Virus record (IMG/VR): IMGVR_UViG_3300010354_000094
Coordinates: 1-60,714 of that record
DNA: 60,714 nt
Direction: 5' to 3' (one strand)
Source: a virus
Taxonomy: Duplodnaviria > Caudoviricetes
In this document: positions 1 through 8,369 of the stretch, in pieces
Numbering within the stretch: position 1 is the stretch's first letter
Layout of the letters: each line of letters starts with the position of its first letter
Program-made: the position numbers and the translations under genes
The notes under the pieces: generated by a model
Database searches by the model: none
Seen by the model: the letters and a program-made list of their open reading frames with translations, nothing else
Told to the model about the DNA's origin: nothing

Positions 1-276
1 AGCGTTAGGGTCTTTAGCAGAGGCGGTTGTCCGGTACCTCCATCCCCGTCTTCATTACAACGGCGGTCTTACAAATATACGCTATCACATTTGTAAAACG
101 TGCTCTATCAAGAGCGTCTTTTTAGCCTTTAATCCTTTTCAAACAACTAAATCACAGCATTTAAGTGATCTTCATCCTTACGGGTAGTAGTTGAGTCCTT
201 GTTTTGGCGACAAGATTCCGTCCCTGCGATACGATTGTCCAGGTATAGGGCGCACGATATTAGCCTGCGCTAGCCT
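1..276 (-). ncRNA. Putative large structured non-coding RNA (3' part runs off window)
   Basis: No ORF and richer in GC than the flanks. Consecutive stems at 250-270, 222-250, 198-214, 144-193 (enclosing 151-169 and 176-183), 102-115 and 69-96. G-U pairs and a GUAA (GNRA) tetraloop work only on the minus strand. Confidence 0.65.
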
Positions 277-711
277 TTAACCAATTAATTTGCCTTTGAT
301 ATGTGAGCCATGTACACGAACAGATATCTGTCCGTTATAATATTCGTCTGATTCTAATACTTTTCTTGTGAATTGTTCTCGAGCTTCTATATAACTACAT
401 TCTGCTTTTGATTTACAGTAATATAATATTTCTCTATAAAATTTGTCTGTGCCTAATTGTTCTACGTCTTTGTTTAGATGATCATTTGAGCCATAATATG
501 TTTGCCAGTCCGAGTCTATTTTTGATTTAATACGTTTCTTTTTCTTAGTGCCGTTTTTAAGTTTTACTGTTTTGTAGCTTACTTTTGAAAATTTACTTAA
601 TTTTTTGCCAATATATTTTTTGCCAGTGACTGTATTTGTTATGAGATAAACAAAACCAATACAGTCATCTGGAAGTTCATTAATTATCTGATTTTGATAA
701 TACCAGGACAT
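277..711 (-). CDS. Stand-alone GIY-YIG family nuclease
   Basis: GFVYLITN...KKYIGKK motif, downstream YYGS and conserved E/YN residues. 144 aa, with no obvious C-terminal DNA-binding extension. Confidence 0.8.
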   Translation of the reverse strand: MSWYYQNQIINELPDDCIGFVYLITNTVTGKKYIGKKLSKFSKVSYKTVKLKNGTKKKKRIKSKIDSDWQTYYGSNDHLNKDVEQLGTDKFYREILYYCKSKAECSYIEAREQFTRKVLESDEYYNGQISVRVHGSHIKGKLIG

Positions 712-714
712 TGA

Positions 715-912
715 TCATTTAGCAGTCTTGGCTTCTTTACGAGCTGCTTTTTCTGCGGTAATCTCATTTCTTCTTGCTTTAACAGCCTTAGAAATTTCTG
801 CTAATGCCTTACGAGCCCTAGTTCCTGCTGCTGCATTTCCACTAGAGAATTTTTCATCTTCTTTCAAAAATTCTTCAAAGAGTTTTTGTAGCTGTACTGT
901 TGTGTTGTTCAT
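715..912 (-). CDS. Histone H1-like (Hc1 family) small basic protein
   Basis: KFSSGNAAAGTRARKAL...K..R matches the Hc1-like signature; K/A-rich tail. Confidence 0.7.
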   Translation of the reverse strand: MNNTTVQLQKLFEEFLKEDEKFSSGNAAAGTRARKALAEISKAVKARRNEITAEKAARKEAKTAK

Positions 913-1207
913 TCTTTTTTCCTTTTGGTCTTCCTGTTTTTTTAGGATGCAGTTTTCTATACGCCGCTTCCTGCTTTCTTCTTTCTATATCTGCTTTTTT
1001 AGCCGCTTTTGCTTCTGCATATACTAATCTACACTGTCTGTATAGTTCAGTACTGTCTTTCACCATCTTCCTACTGGCGTTACGTACCTCTAAACCATAT
1101 TCGTAATTTCTAGGAGCCCTCATAAATCGTAGATGAGAATTATGTAAGTCAACAATATTGTTGACAACACGATTGTATAACTCCTTAAATTTGTCCATTT
1201 CAGACAT
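875..1207 (-). CDS. Hypothetical basic helical protein
   Basis: ORF in operon between gp46 and Hc1-like gene; K/R-rich C-terminus (KKTGRPK). Confidence 0.6.
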   Translation of the reverse strand: MSEMDKFKELYNRVVNNIVDLHNSHLRFMRAPRNYEYGLEVRNASRKMVKDSTELYRQCRLVYAEAKAAKKADIERRKQEAAYRKLHPKKTGRPKGKKNEQHNSTATKTL

Positions 1208-1212
1208 TTTTG

Positions 1213-3000
1213 TTAAGCTGCCTCTATTACATCAACATCGTTTGAGTAGCTGGTAAATCCATTTTCTTTAACAACTTTTAAAACGTTGTTAACTCTACCA
1301 ACTAGTTCGTCTTTGTGTGATATTAAGTATATATTCTTATTTCTCTCCCTAGCCATTTTTTTCAAAACGGCTAATCCTGCTTCTACTCCTGCGGCATCCA
1401 TGCCTGCATCTATTAACTCATCAATAAACAATAAATTAATATTTTGATATAGACTTTCCCAAACATCTCTAAATGCAAAACTTAAAGATAGTATAAGTCG
1501 ATTTCTTTCGCCTCTGCTAAGGTTGTCAAAGTCTAAGTCTTGTCCTAACTGTGTAATTTCCACAGTAAGGTCGTTTAAAAATACAACCTTATGAGGTAAT
1601 CCTAGCTTGTCAATGTAATATGCCAATCTCTTATTAAGATAAGTCAAATTTTGATCAATAATTTTCTTTCTAATAAAGCTATCTTTATTGGTTAATAACT
1701 TTAATAAAAATTCTTGATGATCTTTAAGCTTTGTTAAATTGTTAACAGAACTCCAATCAATCTCTTGAATGGCTGTTTTCTTTAACTCTTCGATCTGTTC
1801 CTGATAAGGATTGTTTTCTTGACTTTTCTCTACCAATGCCTTTTCTAAATTACTAAGATTGTTTTTATGACTTAATGCCTCTGCTTCGGTTTCATAAAAA
1901 GTATTGGGCTTTGCTCCTTGCTTTCCAATTTTTTCAATTTCATTAACTACAAGGCCGTAATCATTGACTACTTTCAAAGCATAAGTTTCTGCATCCTGTT
2001 TATATTTTAGTGCTTCATCTAACATTTCTTTGTGTTGATGATCGTGAAGCTCATGTCCGCAGGCATGACATTTGTGATCTTGTAATTTTTCTACTTCGGC
2101 TACATATTTTTTTACAGTCTTTTCGGCCTGTGTCAACGCAGTTTCTAATGTTGCCTGTTGCTTTTTTAGGCCTAATAATTTTTTATCATTTTCTAACCAT
2201 GTCTTTAAAGATGCATGTGCTAGTATTTCTGCTTCTATATCTACAGATTCTAAATTTACAATAGCCTTTCCTAGGCTTTCTAATTCCTGGTCATGTTTAT
2301 TTGACCAAGCAGAGCTTTTTAATTCTAAGCTATTGATGCTTTTTTGAATGTTTTCATTGGCAGATTTTATCCCGTCAATTTTAAATGTTTCTACTTGGAT
2401 TAGATCTTTAGTGTTTTTAATTTCTATTTTAAGCTTTTCAGATTTTTCGCTGAGTATAGTTATACCTAACAGTTGTTCAATTACTTCTCTCTGATCAGCA
2501 GACTTCATGCTTAGAAATGGTTCTGTGTAAGTATTTAAAGCTACCAAATGCCTAAACATTGTAGGACTCATTTCTAGTAATTGATCTATGAACTTTTGTG
2601 TTTCTCTGCTATCGCCCTGACTTTCGTCGTCCTCATTAGAAGACTTTTGCTCATTATCGTCGACAAACAACTTCATAACATTTGGTTTACGGCCTCGCTC
2701 TATCCTATAGAGATTTGAATTTTTTTCAAATTCTACCGTTACCAGCATATTCTTACCGTTAGTTTTGTTTATCAAATTTTCTTTTTTGATATTAGTTAAC
2801 GCAGTACCATAAAGGCCGTAACATAGTGCATTAACAATAGTAGTTTTGCCGGTGCCGTTTCTACTACCGCTGTCGTCTCCGCCTAGGTCTAAGTTTTCAC
2901 CTAACACTAGTGTTAAAAGTTCTTTGTCGAAATCTACTGCCTGAGTCTGGTTACCAACAGATAAAAAGTTTTTAACACTGATAGATTTTATTTTGATCAT
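1213..3000 (-). CDS. Recombination endonuclease ATPase subunit (T4 gp46 / SbcC / Rad50-like)
   Basis: Walker A NGTGKTT, zinc hook CHAC, coiled coils, signature LSRGE, Walker B LLFIDE, ISH motif. Confidence 0.95.
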   Translation of the reverse strand: MIKIKSISVKNFLSVGNQTQAVDFDKELLTLVLGENLDLGGDDSGSRNGTGKTTIVNALCYGLYGTALTNIKKENLINKTNGKNMLVTVEFEKNSNLYRIERGRKPNVMKLFVDDNEQKSSNEDDESQGDSRETQKFIDQLLEMSPTMFRHLVALNTYTEPFLSMKSADQREVIEQLLGITILSEKSEKLKIEIKNTKDLIQVETFKIDGIKSANENIQKSINSLELKSSAWSNKHDQELESLGKAIVNLESVDIEAEILAHASLKTWLENDKKLLGLKKQQATLETALTQAEKTVKKYVAEVEKLQDHKCHACGHELHDHQHKEMLDEALKYKQDAETYALKVVNDYGLVVNEIEKIGKQGAKPNTFYETEAEALSHKNNLSNLEKALVEKSQENNPYQEQIEELKKTAIQEIDWSSVNNLTKLKDHQEFLLKLLTNKDSFIRKKIIDQNLTYLNKRLAYYIDKLGLPHKVVFLNDLTVEITQLGQDLDFDNLSRGERNRLILSLSFAFRDVWESLYQNINLLFIDELIDAGMDAAGVEAGLAVLKKMARERNKNIYLISHKDELVGRVNNVLKVVKENGFTSYSNDVDVIEAA

Positions 3001-4010
3001 AAATTATTATAAATTTCTAATAGAACCTTTGAATTAATAGTTTCGGAATCTACATTAAGAAGTTGTTCTGTTACAATTTGATCTACACTTTCAAATGCAG
3101 TATCCGGACTATCGTCCGTGCCTGTTTCTATATTATTTTTTTCTTGAATAAGACTAATTTCTCTTATATCGTGTTCTTGAATATAAGTTTCTTTGATAAA
3201 ATTAGCCTCTTCATACGTAATATCAATGTCAAGATTAACCCTGAGATACATTTTATTTTTCATAATCTTATCTTTTTCGTCGATAAGTTTACTTAAGGTT
3301 ACAGTTCTAAATTTAGGAGCATCAGGCCAGGCAATAAATTCCGGCTTTCCACCCCACTCCATAGTCATCATACCTCGATCGTCGTCCCATGTATCTGCAA
3401 AGTTATGAGGAAAGGCATTGCCTATATACCAAACTTTACCTTGATTTTGACGTTTATGAAAGTGTCCGCTAAACACGTACTCGGGATGAGTAAAATCGTT
3501 AGCCTTAAGCTCTCCATGGTCCGGCATTTGAACCATTGCGTTCATATAGAATAACGGCAATTCAAAGTGGCCGAATATATACTTGGCTTTTATATCTTTA
3601 ACTTTTTTCCATTCGTCACCTACTAACCACGGTACTAAGGCTACATTGTCTATGACTTCTACTTTTTCAACCACAGTGACGCCTGGAATATGTCTTCCAA
3701 ATATACTACTATGAATATCACGTTTATCTTTATAAAATAAATCGTGATTTCCTGGAAACCAATAAAATTGTTCAAAGGCGGCACCTAATTTTTCTAAACA
3801 TCGGATACTAGTATCTAACGTAATCAAATTAATGCTATTTCGATTGTGGTGCCAATCTCCGAGAAAAATACAGGTTTCTGCTCCCTGTGCCTTTGCAGTA
3901 TCGATAAACCAATCTACAAAATCTTCGCAATCTTGATTATGTGTTTGACTGTTTGATTTTAATCCAAAATGAATATCAGTAAAACAAGCAACTTTCTTGA
4001 ATAATGCCAT
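2997..4010 (-). CDS. Recombination endonuclease nuclease subunit (T4 gp47 / SbcD / Mre11-like)
   Basis: Metallophosphoesterase motifs DIHFG, GD, GNHD, GHFH; adjacent to gp46-like gene. Confidence 0.95.
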   Translation of the reverse strand: MALFKKVACFTDIHFGLKSNSQTHNQDCEDFVDWFIDTAKAQGAETCIFLGDWHHNRNSINLITLDTSIRCLEKLGAAFEQFYWFPGNHDLFYKDKRDIHSSIFGRHIPGVTVVEKVEVIDNVALVPWLVGDEWKKVKDIKAKYIFGHFELPLFYMNAMVQMPDHGELKANDFTHPEYVFSGHFHKRQNQGKVWYIGNAFPHNFADTWDDDRGMMTMEWGGKPEFIAWPDAPKFRTVTLSKLIDEKDKIMKNKMYLRVNLDIDITYEEANFIKETYIQEHDIREISLIQEKNNIETGTDDSPDTAFESVDQIVTEQLLNVDSETINSKVLLEIYNNL

Positions 4011-4030
4011 CAAAAGACTCTCCTACTATT

Positions 4031-4060
4031 AGTATAGTGTTTTTTTAACAGCAAGGTCAA
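4031..4060 (-). promoter_or_regulatory. Sigma70-like promoter for gp47/gp46 operon
   Basis: TTGACC-18 nt-TATACT on minus strand, followed by AGGAG RBS. Confidence 0.55.
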
Positions 4061-4965
4061 GTCTCTTCCTCTTCATCTTCGACGGTAGTTTCTTCGCTTT
4101 TTGGCATACGCATATTTTTGTACATCTCCGCTTGTCTAGCAGTTTCCTCGGCAAATTCCTGAGAAGTCTGCCTAGTTAAGCTAGGAGTTAGGCCGGACAT
4201 TTCTAATAAGTCGTCTCGGATGTTTTGATTTTTCTTTTCTAAATTTAATATTCGAGTAAAACTATTAGTAACTGCGGCAGTGTAATAAGCAAATGGATTT
4301 TCTGATTTTGATTCGTCGAATTGTAGACCAATCTGGCTTAACTGTAAAATAGCCTGTCCTCTCATTTCTTCAATATAAGTGTAACCTCGCCAGTTACTAC
4401 GCTGAGCATACCGTTCACTTAATTTAATAAACATACGTCCAAGATTTTCTGTAATCCTGCCGTGGTCCTTGCTAAACTGACCTTTGTCTAAAGTACCTTT
4501 CCAATGGCTTTTTCCAACGCAAACTAGTTCGTCGGCATCATTAAATTTCCAATGTTGAAATGGAGGAAAATTTACTTTGTCATGACTATCCGCTGTAGTT
4601 TTAGTAGTTTTTTTCCTACCAGGTGCTAAAGGAATATGCTCAAAAGTCATTATTCTAATTACAATGTCTGTCTTTTGAATTTTTTTGTAGTCTGGGGTAA
4701 CATCGGTAAGTTTAACTTTTTTATCTCCTTGAGCTCTAGCTATCATAAAAGCTTCTAGACCTAGTCTTTTGGCTCTATTTCTTTTAGCTTCTGCTACTGT
4801 TCTAATGTTTATTTTGTCCAGACTAGTTAGAATAATATCATGTTGACTATATTCGGGACTGGTAAAACTGCTGTAAGTACACTTACTCTTATGTATTTCT
4901 GCTAGTAAATCTCTATTATTAAGGTATTTTACTTTCCGCCCAGTTGGGGATGTTATTGTTGTCAT
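4057..4965 (-). CDS. Phage late-transcription sigma factor (T4 gp55-like)
   Basis: N-terminal YLNNRDLL, NWRGYTY..EM and FDESKSENPFAYYT motifs; acidic tail; sits next to gp47/gp46 as in T4-like phages. Confidence 0.8.
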   Translation of the reverse strand: MTTITSPTGRKVKYLNNRDLLAEIHKSKCTYSSFTSPEYSQHDIILTSLDKINIRTVAEAKRNRAKRLGLEAFMIARAQGDKKVKLTDVTPDYKKIQKTDIVIRIMTFEHIPLAPGRKKTTKTTADSHDKVNFPPFQHWKFNDADELVCVGKSHWKGTLDKGQFSKDHGRITENLGRMFIKLSERYAQRSNWRGYTYIEEMRGQAILQLSQIGLQFDESKSENPFAYYTAAVTNSFTRILNLEKKNQNIRDDLLEMSGLTPSLTRQTSQEFAEETARQAEMYKNMRMPKSEETTVEDEEEET

Positions 4966-4989
4966 TATAACGGATACTCCTTTTTACTG

Positions 4990-5018
4990 AGTATAACTAT
5001 TGTAATAAGTTTTGTCAA
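4990..5018 (-). promoter_or_regulatory. Sigma70-like promoter for gp55-like gene
   Basis: TTGACA-17 nt-TATACT, followed by AAGGAG RBS. Confidence 0.75.
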
Positions 5019-5049
5019 CCATAGTTAACTGAGCACTTTATTTATTGGG

Positions 5050-5055
5050 TAAATA
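5050..5055 (+). promoter_or_regulatory. Putative late promoter (TAAATA)
   Basis: TAAATA at the head of the structural operon; resembles T4 late TATAAATA and recurs before other structural genes. Confidence 0.55.
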
Positions 5056-5073
5056 GTGGATAAAGGACTGATC

Positions 5074-5895
5074 ATGAGCGACGAAATTGATGGTAGAAAA
5101 ATAAGAACTTACTCCGGAGACCTTAAAGAACTAGGTAATTCTGTTCTTAAGGCCACCGGTCTTGGTCCTGTAATTGACGGATTAAAACAGCTAAGGCTTG
5201 GTAGAGTAAAACCTACAGCGCAACTACCCACGCCAAACTTTGATATAAAATTTGATGGCGACAGAGATTTTAGAGCAAAGATAATTCCGCCTTATGAGTA
5301 TTTTAGAAATGGTAGTTTTCCTTATACTTGGGGTAGACGTTTAGAACTTGTAAAAAATCAAGGAATTATTTTTCCTTATACTCCTACTATTACACAGGAT
5401 TATTCAGCTAGTTATAATTCTTATACGCCCACACATTCAAATTATGCTTTACATTTTTACAAAAGTTCTACACCCGGACCTATTACTGTAGCAGGAAAAT
5501 TTTCTGTTCAATCAGATGCGGACGCATTTGTATGGTTGGCTACTACACATTTACTTAGATCGTTAATGAAAATGCGATTTGGTCAAGATTCTAATGCTGG
5601 TGTTCCGCCTCCAGTATGCAGATTTAGTGCATTAGGAGATATGCAATATAAAAATGTACCAGTAGTTATACAAAATTTTCGTGTTGATTTACCTGATAGT
5701 GTTGACTACTACGCAACTAAATCTATAGAGGACGAAGGTTCTACTTTTGCTTCTGGAGGAACAATGGTTCCTGTTGTTAGTACAATCACAGTTACAATGT
5801 TGCCTATGTACAGCAGAGAAGAACTGTTAGATGCAAAACAAGTAGATGACTATATAGGTGCTACACCTAATCTAAGACAGAGAGGTTATCTATAA
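5074..5895 (+). CDS. Putative baseplate/tail-tube-associated structural protein
   Basis: FPYTPTI and GVPPPVCRF motifs typical of contractile-tail tube initiator-like proteins; lies before gp53-like gene; ATG at 5074 has AAGGA RBS. Confidence 0.55.
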   Translation: MSDEIDGRKIRTYSGDLKELGNSVLKATGLGPVIDGLKQLRLGRVKPTAQLPTPNFDIKFDGDRDFRAKIIPPYEYFRNGSFPYTWGRRLELVKNQGIIFPYTPTITQDYSASYNSYTPTHSNYALHFYKSSTPGPITVAGKFSVQSDADAFVWLATTHLLRSLMKMRFGQDSNAGVPPPVCRFSALGDMQYKNVPVVIQNFRVDLPDSVDYYATKSIEDEGSTFASGGTMVPVVSTITVTMLPMYSREELLDAKQVDDYIGATPNLRQRGYL

Positions 5896-6191
5896 TGGCA
5901 TACTCTTCAACAAGTCCTTATTTCGCTACAAAAATACAGAATAATTATCTAGGAGTTATGACTTTTAGAAATATTCCTAGTCTTGATAGTGATATTGAAT
6001 ATGAGATTTTGCCTCAATATGAAAATAGGCCTGACCTTTTAGCTTACGATTTATACGGCGATGTTAATTTATGGTGGGTATTTTCGGTGCGGAATAAAGA
6101 CATAATCAAAGATCCTATTTTTGACATGTACCCTGGTCAAAAAATAAAATTACCTACTCTTGAAACACTTAAAGCAGTGTTAGGATTCTAA
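5895..6191 (+). CDS. Baseplate wedge subunit (gp53-like, LysM-like fold)
   Basis: RPDLLAYDLYGDVNLWWVF..RN motif. Confidence 0.8.
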   Translation: MAYSSTSPYFATKIQNNYLGVMTFRNIPSLDSDIEYEILPQYENRPDLLAYDLYGDVNLWWVFSVRNKDIIKDPIFDMYPGQKIKLPTLETLKAVLGF

Positions 6192-6192
6192 T

Positions 6193-6726
6193 ATGGCTAA
6201 TAGCCCAGAAGTAAACAGAAGATCAGGGACAGCGTTCCAAACTTCGTCAACAGCTAGTCCAGACAGAGATAACCAGTTAAGGTCTAAAATTCCTAAGGCC
6301 GAATATGCAAACGAGTATAATGTTTTGCATAAGTTTAGAAGTTTTAATTACTTGTTTACATTGGCAGCAGTAAAAAACGACGCCCTTTCTAATCCAGAAT
6401 CATTACGGAATAGTTCAGATTATTTTGTTATCGCTCGTTCTTACGGTAAGAATAAACCAATAAATTCAGACAGTGCAAAAAATCCGGCAGCTAAAGGATT
6501 AATTGAAGGATTTAATTCAAAGAGTCCTGGACGATTTAATCTTTACATCAATGATGTTGATATAGAAACAGTAATGGGATTTAGTAATAAAACCAATTTG
6601 TCTATGGCAACAAAAATTAATTTTGAAATTTTTGAACCTCTGAGTATTAACGGCTTTATGGAGGCATTACAAGTATCCTCTGTGGCAGCAGGCCATACCC
6701 AATTTACTAATGCTCGTTATTGTTAA
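6193..6726 (+). CDS. Putative baseplate hub protein, N-terminal part (apparently frameshifted)
   Basis: NVLHKFRSFNYLFTL and FEIFEPLS motifs; ends overlapping the next ORF in the -1 frame. Confidence 0.55.
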   Translation: MANSPEVNRRSGTAFQTSSTASPDRDNQLRSKIPKAEYANEYNVLHKFRSFNYLFTLAAVKNDALSNPESLRNSSDYFVIARSYGKNKPINSDSAKNPAAKGLIEGFNSKSPGRFNLYINDVDIETVMGFSNKTNLSMATKINFEIFEPLSINGFMEALQVSSVAAGHTQFTNARYC

Positions 6727-8369
6727 AAATGGAGTTTATTGGATATACCACTGACGAAAGTGGGCAAGATACTATTAAGAAATTAGGAAAAGAAGCGACT
6801 CGTTATTTTGTTTTTAATATTACTAAAGTAGATGTTGAGATGACAGAAAATGGGACCAAATATCGTTGCCAGGGTGTACCTACAAACGAGTTGGGACACG
6901 GGGATCATAATAATTTAAAACATGCTATACAAATGGAGGGTTCTACTGTTAAAGAAGTTTTGCAGGCTTTAATGTCTTCTATTAACAATAGTAATGATAG
7001 AGCTAATCAAACAGATCAAGGAGACGATAATATTTTTGATCAATATGAAATAGCGTTTCCTAGTAGAGATGCAAACGGTACTTACAATTATTCAACAGAG
7101 AATACTAAGCTCAGTCTTGCAAAAATTCATAGTTTGTATCAATCTCCGGGAATTTTTGCGTTTCCTGATCATTCTGCATATGCAACTGATTTTAGAAAAA
7201 AAGCAGAACAAGCAAATACAGGCAAAAAAATTAATCCCGAAACAGGAGAAGAATACACACCAGTAGATCCTGACCCACCTGATGCAAATAAATTTTACAA
7301 ATACGAAGCTAATCAAACAGTAGTGCAGTTCCCGGCCAAGGCAAAAATAACCGATATTATTTCAAGTGTAGTTAGGGATAGTGAGTACGGAAAAGATATT
7401 ATTAGAGGCTTGCCTGATCAAGTGATTAAAAATCAGATGGTTGAGTATATACACGTACATTTAGAGGTTATTCCTTTAAATCAGTACAGTAAAAAGCTAC
7501 AACGTCCAGTTTTTAAGTACAGGTATGTGTGTTTACCTTATAACATTCATTATACAAGGATACCTTTGTATCAAGATTTAGATATTAATAGAAAAGAATT
7601 AGAAAATTTATATGTAAGAAGAAAATATGATTACCTATACACAGGCAGGAATGTAGATATTAGAAATTTTAAACTAACATTTAATAGTTTATTTTATCAA
7701 GCCTATCCTCAGGGAATGCAAAAAATATTTTCTGATCCGAGCACTAGAGTTACTGAAGATAAAACAGGACGCAAGATAGAAGATAAAGATTCAACTAGAG
7801 TAGTAACTAGCACATTGGGTCAAAGTCCAAATGGAGCTGATCCTCGTTTTGCCGATGTTGTTAAGGTAGGAGGAAATGCAGGGGTTAGGTCTTATGATGA
7901 ATATGACAAACTTGTAACCGCTATGCATCAGGCTATATTAGATAATTTAGATCAAGTTTCCTGTGAATTAGAAATTTTAGGAGATCCTTATTTCTTAGTT
8001 ACTGGCGGCATGGGCAATTATATGCCAGAAATGGGAGATAAAAGAGGAATAACCCAAACAGGCGAAGCACCTTATTTTTCTGAAGATATTATAGTTGTAG
8101 TAGAGTTTAGAAGCCCGGACGACATCGACGAAAGAACAGGTTATGTTAAATTTAATTCAAATAAATCTCCATTCAGTGGTTGTTTTAGAGTTATAAACGT
8201 TGTAAGTAAATTTAACGAAGGGATGTTTACTCAAAGATTGCAGTTAATAAGAATACCAGGTCAACTAGCTCAAACAGCTAGTGGTACAGAAGATAGATCT
8301 ACAAATGCTGGATCAAAGCCAGCCTCAGCCACTACTTCTTACACAGAACAAGATACAGGTAGCGCATAA
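6720..8369 (+). CDS. Putative baseplate hub protein, C-terminal part
   Basis: YDYLYTGRNVDI, LEILGDPYFL and FSGCFRVINVVSKFNEGMFTQRLQL motifs typical of hub/gpD-like C-termini; precedes gp5-like gene. Confidence 0.6.
   Translation: MLKMEFIGYTTDESGQDTIKKLGKEATRYFVFNITKVDVEMTENGTKYRCQGVPTNELGHGDHNNLKHAIQMEGSTVKEVLQALMSSINNSNDRANQTDQGDDNIFDQYEIAFPSRDANGTYNYSTENTKLSLAKIHSLYQSPGIFAFPDHSAYATDFRKKAEQANTGKKINPETGEEYTPVDPDPPDANKFYKYEANQTVVQFPAKAKITDIISSVVRDSEYGKDIIRGLPDQVIKNQMVEYIHVHLEVIPLNQYSKKLQRPVFKYRYVCLPYNIHYTRIPLYQDLDINRKELENLYVRRKYDYLYTGRNVDIRNFKLTFNSLFYQAYPQGMQKIFSDPSTRVTEDKTGRKIEDKDSTRVVTSTLGQSPNGADPRFADVVKVGGNAGVRSYDEYDKLVTAMHQAILDNLDQVSCELEILGDPYFLVTGGMGNYMPEMGDKRGITQTGEAPYFSEDIIVVVEFRSPDDIDERTGYVKFNSNKSPFSGCFRVINVVSKFNEGMFTQRLQLIRIPGQLAQTASGTEDRSTNAGSKPASATTSYTEQDTGSA

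Noticed and set aside
1-276. tRNA, tmRNA, RNase P or group I intron identity for the structured region
   Set aside because: No cloverleaf/TTCGA arm, tmRNA ends, RNase P P4 motif or recognisable P7 motif seen, and no room for a 5' intron half before the GIY-YIG ORF.
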